Source: Auanema rhodensis (lineage: Eukaryota > Animalia > Nematoda). From it: a stretch of 64,000 bases of DNA. The notes beneath the pieces were generated by a model. That model ran no database searches, was not told where the DNA came from, and saw nothing but the letters and a program-made list of their open reading frames with translations. A program made the translations under genes and the position numbers. Of the stretch, positions 48,541 through 62,200 are shown piece after piece. Numbering within the stretch: the stretch's first letter is position 1; each line of letters starts with the position of its first letter. The DNA is taken from contig OZ059898.1 of NCBI GenBank assembly GCA_964057225.1, forward strand, positions 15,872,001 to 15,936,000. The letters run 5' to 3'.

Positions 48541-49481
48541 ATGGATAAGAGCCTCGAGATGCTCCTCGGGCTATTGAAATTCGAGGAAATGGTCTCTATA
48601 GTAACAGTGAAACATGGAGAGTTCAAAGAGTTCCGAAAGGAAATTAAAGATTTGTTCCCAGGTATCTCGCACTTTTTTACTATGCTATTTTTGTTTTGCA
48701 GATGAGGCTAAATGGGAAGGGCTATTGGAACAAACCTGCCGTCTTCCCGAGTCTCAGGAAGACGCGTACACGGAATTCCTGGATTTTTTTGGTACACGAG
48801 TTAATAATAAGTTTTTGAGACAGATTGTGTGCTTCCAGTTGCTCCTCCATCAATCCGTAAGAGGACAGCGGAACCAAGCTGTAAGAACATTAAGGTGGCT
48901 AGGCATATTGGGGAGGTTTTTTTTGTTTTCATTCCCATTTTTCATAATTTTTTTCTTTTCAGGATATTGGTTTACCCAGTTTAGGGAGCGATACTGCGGG
49001 GCAGGATATGGAAGAGGCAGTAGTCGTCAATGTCGAGACGGAAACTGAAAAGGATAAGGCCAAGCCTACAACTGAGGCTACTGATACTCCGAAGGAGGCT
49101 AAGGAAAAAAAAAGGGAGCATGCAAGTAAGTAACTATTTATATTCTTTTTATGCATATGACTTGTTTAGAGGAGCATTACTGATTATCAAATGCCGAATG
49201 TGGATAGGAGTGCCGTTGAACATTCTGCGTCATTCCTTAAATTGGTGGATTTGGTATTAGCTATGAAGAACATTTCTAGGGATATGTTCCAAGAAAGCTT
49301 ACAGAAAATAGAGCTAATGAAGGGTAGGTTAAATATATTTTTCTAACATATGTTGACATTTCAGAATATGGAAATCTGATACAGGAATCTTTCCGGGCTA
49401 ATAGGGACTATGTGAAGGATAGGGAATCTAATGTAATCCTCCAAGGATTACTTAAAAAACCTGTTATTTACCTCTGGGATA
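48541..49481 (+). pseudogene. Truncated multi-exon gene of unknown function, cut by satellite
   Basis: Exons MDKSLEMLLGLLKFEE..., EAKWEGLLEQTCRLP..., DIGLPSLG... with canonical short introns. A 1-nt A-run frameshift lies near 49105 and the last exon runs into the satellite. Confidence 0.55.
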
Positions 49482-52400
49482 TGGATGTGGTCGAGATAAA
49501 CCCCTTTTCCGGAGAAAAGAGAGGTCCTTGTTAATTTTCATTCAGAAATTCATAATCTACACATCTGAATACCCAACTTGTTGGTATATTTATTCGATCT
49601 TAGTTGATCATCAAAACAAAAAGCGAACATTCACCGGACACTTCGTGACTACAGCCTGAACGTTTTTGTGAACAAATTTTCTGGATGTGGTCAAGATAAA
49701 CCCCTTTTCCGTAGAAAAGAGAGGTCCTTGTTAATTCTCATTCAGAAATTCAGAATCTACACATCTGAATACCCAACATGTTAGTATTTTTATTCGATCT
49801 TAGTTGATCATCGAAAAGAAAAGCGAACATTTACCGGACACAACGTGACTACAGCCTGAACTTTTTTGTGAACCAATTTTCTGGATGTGGTCGAGATAAA
49901 CCCCTTTTCCGGAGAAAAGAGAGGTCCTTGTTAATTCTCATTCCGAAATTCAGAATCTACACATCTGAATACCCAACATGTTAGTATTTTTATTCGATCT
50001 TAGTTGATCATCGAAAAGAAAAGCGAACATTCACCGGACACAACGTGACTACAGCCTGAACTTTTTTGTGAACAAATTTTCTGGATGTGGTCGAGATGAA
50101 TCCCTTTTCCGGAGAAAAGAGAGGTCCTTGTTAATTCTCATTCAGAAATTCAGAATCTACACATCTGAATACCCAACATGTTAGTATTTTTAATCGATCT
50201 TAGTTGATCATCGAAAAGAAAAGCGAACATTTACCGGACACTTCGTGACTACAGCCTGAACTTTTTTGTGAACAAATTTTCTGGATGTGGTCGAGATGAA
50301 TCCCTTTTCCGGAGAAAAGAGAGGTCCTTGTTAATTCTCATTCAGAAATTCAGAATCTACACATCTGAATACCCAACATGTTAGTATTTTTATTCGATCT
50401 TAGTTGATCATCGAAAAGAAAAGCGAACATTTACCCGACACTTCGTGACTACAGCCTGAACTTTTTTGTGAACCGATTTTCTGGATGTGGTCGAGATAAA
50501 CCCCTTTTCCGGAGAAAAGACAGGTCCTTGTTAATTCTCATTCAGAAATTCAGAATCTACACATCTGAATACCCAACATGTTAGTATTTTTATTCGATCT
50601 TAGTTGATCATCGAAAAGAAAAGCGAACATTCACCGGACACAACGTGACTACAGCCTGAACTTTTTTGTGAACAAATTTTCTGGATGTGGTCGAGATAAA
50701 CCCCTTTTCCGGAGAAAAGAGAGGTCCTTGTTAATTCTCATTCAGAAATTCAGAATCTATACATCTGAATACCCAACATGTTAGTATTTTTATTCGATCT
50801 TAGTTGATCATCGAAAAGAAAAGCGATCATTTACCGGACACAACGTGACTACAGCCTGAACTTTTTTGTGAACCAATTTTCTGGATGTGGTCGAGATAAA
50901 CCCCTTTTCCGGAGAAAAGAGAGGTCCTTGTTAATTCTCATTTAGAAATTCAGAATCTACACATCTCAATACCCAACTTATCAGTTTTTTTATTTGATCT
51001 TAGTTGATCATCTTGAAGAAAAGCGAACATTCACCGGACACTTCGTGACTACAGCCTGAACTTTTTCGTGAACCAATTTTCTGGATGTGGTCGAGATAAA
51101 CCCCTTTTCCGGAGAAAAGAGAGGTCCTTGTTAATTCTCATTCAGAAATTCAGAATCTATACATCTGAATACCCAACATGTTAGTATTTTTATTCGATCT
51201 TAGTTGATCATCGAAAAGAAAAGTGAACATTTACCGGACACTTCGTGACTACAGCCTGAACTTTTTTGTGAACCAATTTTCTGGATGTGGTCGAGATAAA
51301 CCCCTTTTCCGGAGAAAAGAGAGGTCCTTGTTAATTCTCATTCAGAAATTCAGAATCTACACATCTGAATACCCAACATGTTAGTATTTTTATTCGATCT
51401 TAGTTGATCATCGAAAAGAAAAGCGAACATTCACCGGACACAACGTGACTACAGCCTGAACTTTTTTGTGAACCAATTTTCTGGATGTGGTCGAGATAAA
51501 CCCCTTTTCCGGAGAAAAGACAGGTCCTTGTTAATTCTCATTCAGAAATTCAGAATCTACACATCTGAATACCCAACATGTTAGTATTTTTATTCGATCT
51601 TAGTTGATCATCGAAAAGAAAAGCGAACATTCACCGGACACAACGTGACTACAGCCTGAACTTTTTTGTGAACAAATTTTCTGGATGTGGTCGAGATGAA
51701 TCCCTTTTCCGGAGAAAAGAGAGGTCCTTGTTAATTCTCATTCAGAAATTCAGAATCTACACATCTGAATACCCAACATGTTAGTATTTTTATTCGATCT
51801 TAGTTGATCATCGAAAAGAAAAGCGAACATTTACCGGACACTTCGTGACTACAGCCTGAACTTTTTTGTGAACAAATTTTCTGGATGTGGTCGAGATGAA
51901 TCCCTTTTCCGGAGAAAAGAGAGGTCCTTGTTAATTCTCATTCAGAAATTCAGAATCTACACATCTGAATACCCAACATGTTAGTATTTTTATTCGATCT
52001 TAGTTGATCATCGAAAAGAGAAGCGAACATTTACCCGACACTTCGTGACTACAGCCTGAACTTTTTTGTGAACCGATTTTCTGGATGTGGTCGAGATAAA
52101 CCCCTTTTCCGGAGAAAAGACAGGTCCTTGTTAATTCTCATTCAGAAATTCAGAATCTACACATCTGAATACCCAACATGTTAGTATTTTTATTCGATCT
52201 TAGTTGATCATCGAAAAGAAAAGCGAACATTCACCGGACACAACGTGACTACAGCCTGAACTTTTTTGTGAACAAATTTTCTGGATGTGGTCGAGATAAA
52301 CCCCTTTTCCGGAGAAAAGAGAGGTCCTTGTTAATTCTCATTCAGAAATTCAGAATCTATACATCTGAATACCCAACATGTTAGTATTTTTATTCGATCT

Positions 52401-55400
52401 TAGTTGATCATCGAAAAGAAAAGCGATCATTTACCGGACACAACGTGACTACAGCCTGAACTTTTTTGTGAACCAATTTTCTGGATGTGGTCGAGATAAA
52501 CCCCTTTTCCGGAGAAAAGAGAGGTCCTTGTTAATTCTCATTTAGAAATTCAGAATCTACACATCTCAATACCCAACTTATCAGTTTTTTTATTTGATCT
52601 TAGTTGATCATCTTGAAGAAAAGCGAACATTCACCGGACACTTCGTGACTACAGCCTGAACTTTTTCGTGAACCAATTTTCTGGATGTGGTCGAGATAAA
52701 CCCCTTTTCCGGAGAAAAGAGAGGTCCTTGTTAATTCTCATTCAGAAATTCAGAATCTATACATCTGAATACCCAACATGTTAGTATTTTTATTCGATCT
52801 TAGTTGATCATCGAAAAGAAAAGCGAACATTTACCGGACACTTCGTGACTACAGCCTGAACTTTTTTGTGAACCAATTTTCTGGATGTGGTCGAGATAAA
52901 CCCCTTTTCCGGAGAAAAGAGAGGTCCTTGTTAATTCTCATTCAGAAATTCAGAATCTACACATCTGAATACCCAACATGTTAGTATTTTTATTCGATCT
53001 TAGTTGATCATCGAAAAGAAAAGCGAACATTCACCGGACACAACGTGACTACAGCCTGAACTTTTTTGTGAACCAATTTTCTGGATGTGGTCGAGATAAA
53101 CCCCTTTTCCGGAGAAAAGACAGGTCCTTGTTAATTCTCATTCAGAAATTCAGAATCTACACATCTGAATACCCAACATGTTAGTATTTTTATTCGATCT
53201 TAGTTGATCATCGAAAAGAAAAGCGAACATTCACCGGACACAACGTGACTACAGCCTGAACTTTTTTGTGAACCTATTTTCTGGATGTGGTCGAGATAAA
53301 CCCCTTTTCTGGAGAAAAGAGAGGTCCTTGTTAATTCTCATTCAGAAATTCAAAATCTACACATCTGAATACCCAACTTGTTAGTATTTTAATTCGATCT
53401 TAGTTGATCATCGAAAAGAAAGGCGAACATTCACCGGACACTTCGTGACTACAGCCTGAACTTTTTTGTGAACCAATTTTCTGGATGTGGTCGAGATAAA
53501 CCCCTTTTCCGGAGAAAGGAGAGGTCCTTGTCAATTCTTATTCAAAAATTCAGAATCTACACATCTGAATACCCAACTTGTTAGTATTTTAATTCGATCT
53601 TAGTTGTTCATCGAAAAGAAAGGCGAACATTCACCGGACACTTCGTGACTACAGCCTGAACGTTTTTGTGAACAAATTTTTGGATGTGGTCGAGATAAAT
53701 CCCTTTTCCGGAGAAAAGAGAGGTCTTTGTCAATTCTCATTTAGAAATTCAGAATCTACACATCTGAATACCCAACATGTTAGTATTTTTATTCGATCTT
53801 AGTTGATCATCTTGAAGAAAAGCGAACATTTACCGGACACTTCGTGACTACAGCCTGAACTTTTTTGTGAACAAATTTTCTGGATGTGGTCGAGATGAAT
53901 CCCTTTTCCGGAGAAAACAGAGGTCCTTGTTAATTCTCATTTAGAAATTCAGAATCTACACATCTGAATACCCAACATGTTAGTATTTTTATTCGATCTT
54001 AGTTGATCATCGAAAAGAAAAGCGAACATTTACCGGACACTTCGTGACTACAGCCTGAACGTTTTTGTGAACAAATTTTTGGATGTGGTCGAGATAAATC
54101 CCTTTTCCGGAGAAAAGAGAGGTCTTTGTCAATTCTCATTTAGAAATTCAGAATCTACACATCTGAATACCCAACATGTTAGTATTTTTATTCGATCTTA
54201 GTTGATCATCTTGAAGAAAAGCGAACATTTACCGGACACTTCGTGACTACAGCCTGAACTTTTTTGTGAACAAATTTTCTGGATGTGGTCGAGATGAATC
54301 CCTTTTCCGGAGAAAACAGAGGTCCTTGTTAATTCTCATTTAGAAATTCAGAATCTACACATCTGAATACCCAACATGTTAGTATTTTTATTCGATCTTA
54401 GTTGATCATCGAAAAGAAAAGCGAACATTTACCGGACACTTCGTGACTACAGCCTGAACTTTTTTGTGAACCAATTTTCTGGATGTGGTCGAGATAAACC
54501 CCTTTTCCGGAGAAAAGACAGGTCCTTGTTAATTCTCATTCAGAAATTCAGAATCTACACATCTGAATACCCAACATGTTAGTATTTTTATTCGATCTTA
54601 GTTGATCATCGAAAAGAAAAGCGAACATTTACCGGACACAACGTGACTACAGCCTGAACTTTTTTGTGAACCAATTTTCTGGATGTGGTCGAGATAAACC
54701 CCTTTTCCGGAGAAAAGAGAGGTCCTTGTTAATTCTCATTCCGAAATTCAGAATCTACACATCTGAATACCCAACATGTTAGTATTTTTATTCGATCTTA
54801 GTTGATCATCGAAAAGAAAAGCGAACATTCACCGGACACAACGTGACTACAGCCTGAACTTTTTTGTGAACAAATTTTCTGGATGTGGTCGAGATGAATC
54901 CCTTTTCCGGAGAAAAGAGAGGTCCTTGTTAATTCTCATTCAGAAATTCAGAATCTACACATCTGAATACCCAACATGTTAGTATTTTTAATCGATCTTA
55001 GTTGATCATCGAAAAGAAAAGCGAACATTTACCGGACACTTCGTGACTACAGCCTGAACTTTTTTGTGAACAAATTTTCTGGATGTGGTCGAGATGAATC
55101 CCTTTTCCGGAGAAAAGAGAGGTCCTTGTTAATTCTCATTCAGAAATTCAGAATCTACACATCTGAATACCCAACATGTTAGTATTTTTATTCGATCTTA
55201 GTTGATCATCGAAAAGAAAAGCGAACATTTACCCGACACTTCGTGACTACAGCCTGAACTTTTTTGTGAACCGATTTTCTGGATGTGGTCGAGATAAACC
55301 CCTTTTCCGGAGAAAAGACAGGTCCTTGTTAATTCTCATTCAGAAATTCAGAATCTACACATCTGAATACCCAACATGTTAGTATTTTTATTCGATCTTA

Positions 55401-56250
55401 GTTGATCATCGAAAAGAAAAGCGATCATTTACCGGACACAACGTGACTACAGCCTGAACTTTTTTGTGAACCAATTTTCTGGATGTGGTCGAGATAAACC
55501 CCTTTTCCGGAGAAAAGAGAGGTCCTTGTTAATTCTCATTTAGAAATTCAGAATCTACACATCTCAATACCCAACTTATCAGTTTTTTTATTTGATCTTA
55601 GTTGATCATCTTGAAGAAAAGCGAACATTCACCGGACACTTCGTGACTACAGCCTGAACTTTTTCGTGAACCAATTTTCTGGATGTGGTCGAGATAAACC
55701 CCTTTTCCGGAGAAAAGAGAGGTCCTTGTTAATTCTCATTCAGAAATTCAGAATCTATACATCTGAATACCCAACATGTTAGTATTTTTATTCGATCTTA
55801 GTTGATCATCGAAAAGAAAAGCGAACATTTACCGGACACTTCGTGACTACAGCCTGAACTTTTTTGTGAACCAATTTTCTGGATGTGGTCGAGATAAACC
55901 CCTTTTCCGGAGAAAAGAGAGGTCCTTGTTAATTCTCATTCAGAAATTCAGAATCTACACATCTGAATACCCAACATGTTAGTATTTTTATTCGATCTTA
56001 GTTGATCATCGAAAAGAAAAGCGAACATTCACCGGACACAACGTGACTACAGCCTGAACTTTTTTGTGAACCAATTTTCTGGATGTGGTCGAGATAAACC
56101 CCTTTTCCGGAGAAAAGACAGGTCCTTGTTAATTCTCATTCAGAAATTCAGAATCTACACATCTGAATACCCAACATGTTAGTATTTTTATTCGATCTTA
56201 GTTGATCATCGAAAAGAAAAGCGAACATTCACCGGACACAACGTGACTAC
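49482..56250 (+). repeat. 200-bp satellite array 3 (~34 monomers, subfamily II) with higher-order repeats
   Basis: Diagnostic variants CCCCTTTT, CTGAATACCCAACATG and CATCGAAAAG. A rare unit recurs at a 1600-bp spacing. Confidence 0.98.
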
Positions 56251-59200
56251 TGTGCTTGAGCACTCTATATTCCTAAAAAAAACCTTAAAAACTCTATCTT
56301 TTTCTAATACTTCATAATTCTTTATAAATCTCTTTTAACTGATCAATATTCGTGTAAGTTGAACCTAAGGCTCTTTTTACTCATGACTCATAGGCTACTC
56401 ATCCCCCACGCATATCTCCGCAGAATAAGCATGAGATAACGCTTGCTTCTCCTCCCCCTTTTTGTATCTCTGAATTCTTTAAGTTAACATTATATCTTGC
56501 CTCTCGCGTTAGTATATAAGCCGAGAGGATTCCTCAAATTCTTATGTGTCAATAGTGTAAAAGAATTTATTCTTGTTACCGTTGCATAATAAATATTCTC
56601 TCCATATTCTCTTCGATCAAGAGCACTACAAAAATCTACCACTGAACCAACTATGCCACTGCTCCGCTCACCCATTTCTAAGGACACAACGGCGCAAAAC
56701 ATGGTGCATCAGGCCGAGCCTAGTGAAGCAGCCCGCGCCGAAGCGTGGATTGGAAAATGCTACCAACTATTGGAAAAGATTCGCGAATCGGACAACAAAA
56801 GGAAATCGTTCGTCAACCGAACGGTTAACTATCATTCTAACCGTGCCTCCAATATGATTGAAATTCGTCTCACGGAAATAAGATCTATCCAAGAGGACAC
56901 CGAAGCAATCCAAAACTTGATCGAGGAAATGAGAAACATAACGGACAACCTAACGGCAGAGGATCAAGAACGCCTAACCGCAAACGAGTGTACTCTCAGA
57001 AGACACATCAAATCTCTCACGGACTACAAAATCCATATCGAAGGACAAATCGAGTTTCTTCGCAACTCGAGACAAGATCAGGACCTGAGAGGAACAATTC
57101 CTCGTCTACAAACTCCACAACTTGAAGAGTCAATTGGAGGATTTCCCTCGAACCAGGACACCAACATCAATCAAGGACATCCTATGATAGTCCAAGATAA
57201 TTACCGCTATCGCCAGACAGTGAAACCAGTTGACATTCCAAAGTTTGATGGTAACATCAAGAACTGGACCAATTTCTGGACACTTTTCAACCGGCTTATC
57301 CATACCGCCAACATACAGGACATTGAGAAGTTCAATTACCTTCGCCAATCACTCACGGGTGAAGCAGCCTCATTGATTTCCTCATTTTCAACTGATGAAG
57401 AGTCGTACCACCCAGCGGTAAGCTACCTGAGAAGTGTCTACGATCACGAAGACAAAATTCTCCGATATCTCATGCTCGATTTCATACAACTGAAAGCGCA
57501 ATCTCCGAGCAACAAGGACTTATTGCTCCTTATGAGAAAAATTAATGGGATAGCAAGACAAACTGAAAGGAACAATGAAGCTGCCCTCAATGCACTTGCC
57601 ATCGTCCTTATTCAACAAAAACTGCCTGGACATATCCTGCAAGAAGTCTACCGCTCAGGATCCAACTCGAACATGAACTGGAGACAACTAGTGGACAATA
57701 CCGAAAAATACCTCCAACATGAACAAGAGGTTAAAAACATTTCATCGGACCTGCAGACGAAACCGGTTCCAAGAACCATGCATCAATCCTACAACAGACA
57801 AAACTTTGTCACCAATAACCGTCCAAAACCGGATAACAAAAAACCTTCCGGTAAGCAAACCTCGAACAGCTGCATATTTTGTCAAAAACCACACGCCCCA
57901 TGGACCTGTGACACTCCAAAGACAAGGAAAGAGAGACTGACCATACTGAATCAGGACAAAAGATGCATAAACTGTCTCAGAAAATCTCACGCAACAGAAG
58001 CATGCCCAAGCAAGCGCTTATGTTCGAACTGTGGAGGAAAACATATTGACCTTCTCTGCTTCAAAAAGAAAACGACAAAAGTCAACTTAACGAACAGCTT
58101 CCCCATGGAAGACGAGGACGAAGAGGAACACGTTATACAGTTTTCAACTCAAACGAAAACTAACCAATACCACAGCGCATTGTTACCCATTGGACAAATA
58201 GAGCTCCTTCATAAGGACAGGACCATATCAATCCCAGCCCTACTAGACTGTGGATCAGACACTTCATTTATCGACGAGGACCTATCTAAGGAACTGGAAC
58301 TCCCAATAGTGGAATCCAAAAGAGTCAAAATCAAAACATTTGGTAACACAGCATCAATCGAAAGACTCAACAAAGTGGAAACAATGTTCAAAGGACACAA
58401 TTCCCACATCCTCGCACAACTTTGGACTAAGAAAGTCCTAACAGGACCTATTTCTACCGTCCGATTCTCTAAACCGACCAACACGTGCTACAAGCTGAAC
58501 AAAAATATGAAGATAACTCCAAGAATCCTCATAGGATCTGACCTCATGTGGCAAGCATTAATCTCAGTCGAACCATTATCCAAGGAACACATGGTAGTAC
58601 ACACCCAGTTCGGAGACTTTATTACCGGCCAAGCCACAAACCAGAAGTCGTTGAATGCTCACTCAGTAATATCGGAAGACTTATCCATTTCAATTCCAAT
58701 ATGGAACAAAAGCTTTGTAGAAGAACAAAGCGAATTCACCGGAACAGAAGCTGAGGAAAAAACCGCCAGAGACAAACTAATTCTGGATCAATTCAAGGAA
58801 ACAATCCAACAAAAAGAAGATGGTTACTACGTATCATTCCCATGGAAAGACAACGCCCATCTACTCCCCGACAACAAAGTTTTAGCACTCAAAAGACTCA
58901 CCAGTCTTGTACTAAAACTATCCCAACAACCAACATTACTCGAAGGATACAACAAAATAATTGAAGAACAGTTGGACCTAGGAATAATCGAAGAAGCTAA
59001 GGACCCTTATCCCAACGCATACAGGATCCATTACATAGCTCACCAAGCAGTAGTAACTCCTCAGAAAGAGACTACTAAAATCAGGATTGTCTACGATGCT
59101 TCTGGACATTATCAAAACAAGCCTAGCTTGAACGACGTCATACACCAAGGACCACTAATCTTACCATCACTAATAGGAATGATTCTAAGATTCAGATGTG

Positions 59201-62200
59201 GAAACACAGCTATGATAGCGGACGTACAAAAAGCCTTCTTACAAATTCGACTCCATGAGTCAGAAAGAGATGCTACTCGTTTCTTTTGGCTCAGAGATAT
59301 TCATCAACCACTAAGCACGGACAACACCAGAACTCTACGATTCTGCCGAGTACCATTTGGCATCAATGCATCACCATTCCTTCTCGGAGCCACCATACGA
59401 CACCACCTACAGAAGAAAAGCTCAGAAAGTCTTCTAGCACATAAAATCAAAGACAATCTTTATGTGGACAACTTACTCCTTGCCTCTGACTCAGCAGACC
59501 AAGTCAGAATGTGGTATTCCGAAACAAAGGATATATTCCAGGAAATGAATATGAAACTCCAAGAGTTCATATCCAACGATCAGATATTCAATTCAAATCT
59601 GACTCCTGAAGAACGGAATGCCTCCACAACACCTAAAATATTAGGACTTCCCTGGGACACATTATCAGACCAATGGATAATTCAAGCTCAAATCCCGGAA
59701 ACCAAGCTAACAAAGAGAGGAGTCACACAAGCTATCGCATCAATCTTCGATCCAATGGGTATGATCTGCCCAAGTTTACACCCACTACGAATCTTCCTTC
59801 AAAATCTATGGACAGAAAGTTTCGATTGGGACACTACACTACCAATGGAAATCCAAACCAGATGGAAACAATTATGCGAAAATTTTCACATCAACATAAG
59901 GATCCCCCGTCCCCTACCATCGGATACCAATGGACAATACCATCTGGTAACATGTACCGATTCTAGCGGCAATGCATTAGGATTCTGCTGCTACTTAATC
60001 GCAGCATCAACACGACAATTAGCCTTAATATTCGCAAAATCTAAATTGCATTCCAAAAACTCAACAATAACAATTCCAAAGGCTGAAATCTCGGCACTAA
60101 CGATTGGAGTTTTTAACACGCTAAAAATCGTGAAGGAAATACAGGACAACATCAAGATTCTAACAGCTACATTCCTCTCCGACTCAGAAATAACACTTGC
60201 TTGGATTCGCAAAAAACCAGACCAAAAAACGACAGGAGTTTTAGTACAGAACCGAATCAAGGAAATTTCTAATCACATTGAAGAGCTCGAAGATCTGGAC
60301 ATAAAAACTTCATTTGGATACATCCACACCAAAGACAACCCAGCGGACCTAGCCACAAGAGGCTGCACAACTGAAGAACTTGAGGATCACTTTTGGTGGA
60401 ACCCAAAAGCACAGCTAGAAAAAGCTTTAAACGGACCTCTGTTTTCACTCTGTGACGAAGAAATACGGATACACGCAGCCACTACAGAAACAAGCGATGA
60501 AGAACCTTGGATATCAGACTGCTCATCCTGGATTGAAGCTCAACAAAAATGGATATCCGTACACTACCCACTCACAACAACTCATACGCCTTCCATGTAT
60601 GAAGAAGCAGAAACCAATCTTCTTCACCTTCATCAAAACAATTTAATGGTCAGGCTATCAGCAGCCCAAAGGAACGATTTGCGACCTTTACTTAGAAACC
60701 ATTTATGGTATAGTAGAGGACGTATGAACAATGCTGAACTCGAAGAGAGTGCAAAACTACCGATTATAATCTTACCTAAAACAAAAACGGCAAGATTATT
60801 AATCGAACATGTTCACGGACAACTCCACAAGAGCACAGCACACACAATGGCTGATATTCGCCAAAAATACTGGATACCGCAACTTCGCTCACAAACTCAA
60901 TCCGTAATAAGGAAATGCCCTGATTGTCAAAAGATGAACAATCGGCCATACATCTACCCACCTTCAGGAGATGTACCAAGCAGACGTATAACGAAAAGTC
61001 GCCCATTTCAACACGTTGGACTAGACTACTTCGGACCCATAACAACACAGGACCGAAACCAGAAAGCTTGGGGCTGCATCTACACCTGTACCGTCACAAG
61101 ACTCATTCACTTGGAAGTGATTGAAGATTTAACTACTAAATCTTTCTTGAGTTGCTTGAGAAAAATTTGGGCCAGACGAGGATGCCCAGAAAGCATCACA
61201 TGTGACAATGCATCTACCTTCGAGCTAGGACAGAAAATCGCCAACAAGCTCATCGTAACAGCCACTACTAACACTTCCGAGAATCAGCATCGAATCAAAT
61301 GGTACAACATAACTCCATACGCCCCATGGCAAGGAGGATTTTATGAACGACTCATAAGATCAGTAAAAAATGCCTTATACAAAACACTTCACGGCACACC
61401 ATCAACAGAAGAATTGTCAATCACATTGGCAGAATGTGAAGCGACAATCAACACACGACCACTAACCTATATTGGATCAGACACGACGAGAGACGAAATC
61501 ATTCGACCATGCGACTTCATCCATAAGGACATAGATCTGAACATCTACATTGAATCTGAAGATGAAGATTCAGAATACATCGACAATCCAGCTCTTCAAA
61601 CACAAGCAGATACGGAACTAGCCTTACACTCTTCCCGTAAACGGACAAACAAATTTTGGGAACTATGGTCTGAACTCTACCTCAAAGAACTCCGAGAGTC
61701 TCATCACCACACAATATCCGTGAAGAAAGCAGGCACCAACACAAAACCAGAAATTGGACAAATCGTTTTGATCAACGATAGCCCAATTCCTAGACACAAA
61801 TGGCCAACAGGACGAATTACGAATATTCACCCCGACTCAGCGGGTAATATAAGGGAAGTCACACTTCTATCAGAGAATGGAAGAGAATTGAAAAGACCAG
61901 TCAACTTACTACACCCAATGGAACTATCCACGGACAATATTCCACAAACTCTTCAGAAATTGGAAACTATAAGCCCCGCAGTCACTCAACGACAACAAAA
62001 TCCTCGCAATCTTGAAAGAAAATGGTACGGAGAAACTGCATCAATACTCACTCTTCTAACAATATTCACTATATTCCTACCTACAACAATGGCCAATCCA
62101 ACTATCTCCTGCAATCCAAAGGGAGTCTTGATACAAGGAATGAACACGGATAATCAACAAGTATGCTCACACAACACTTGTTACAACAGTAGTGAAGGAG

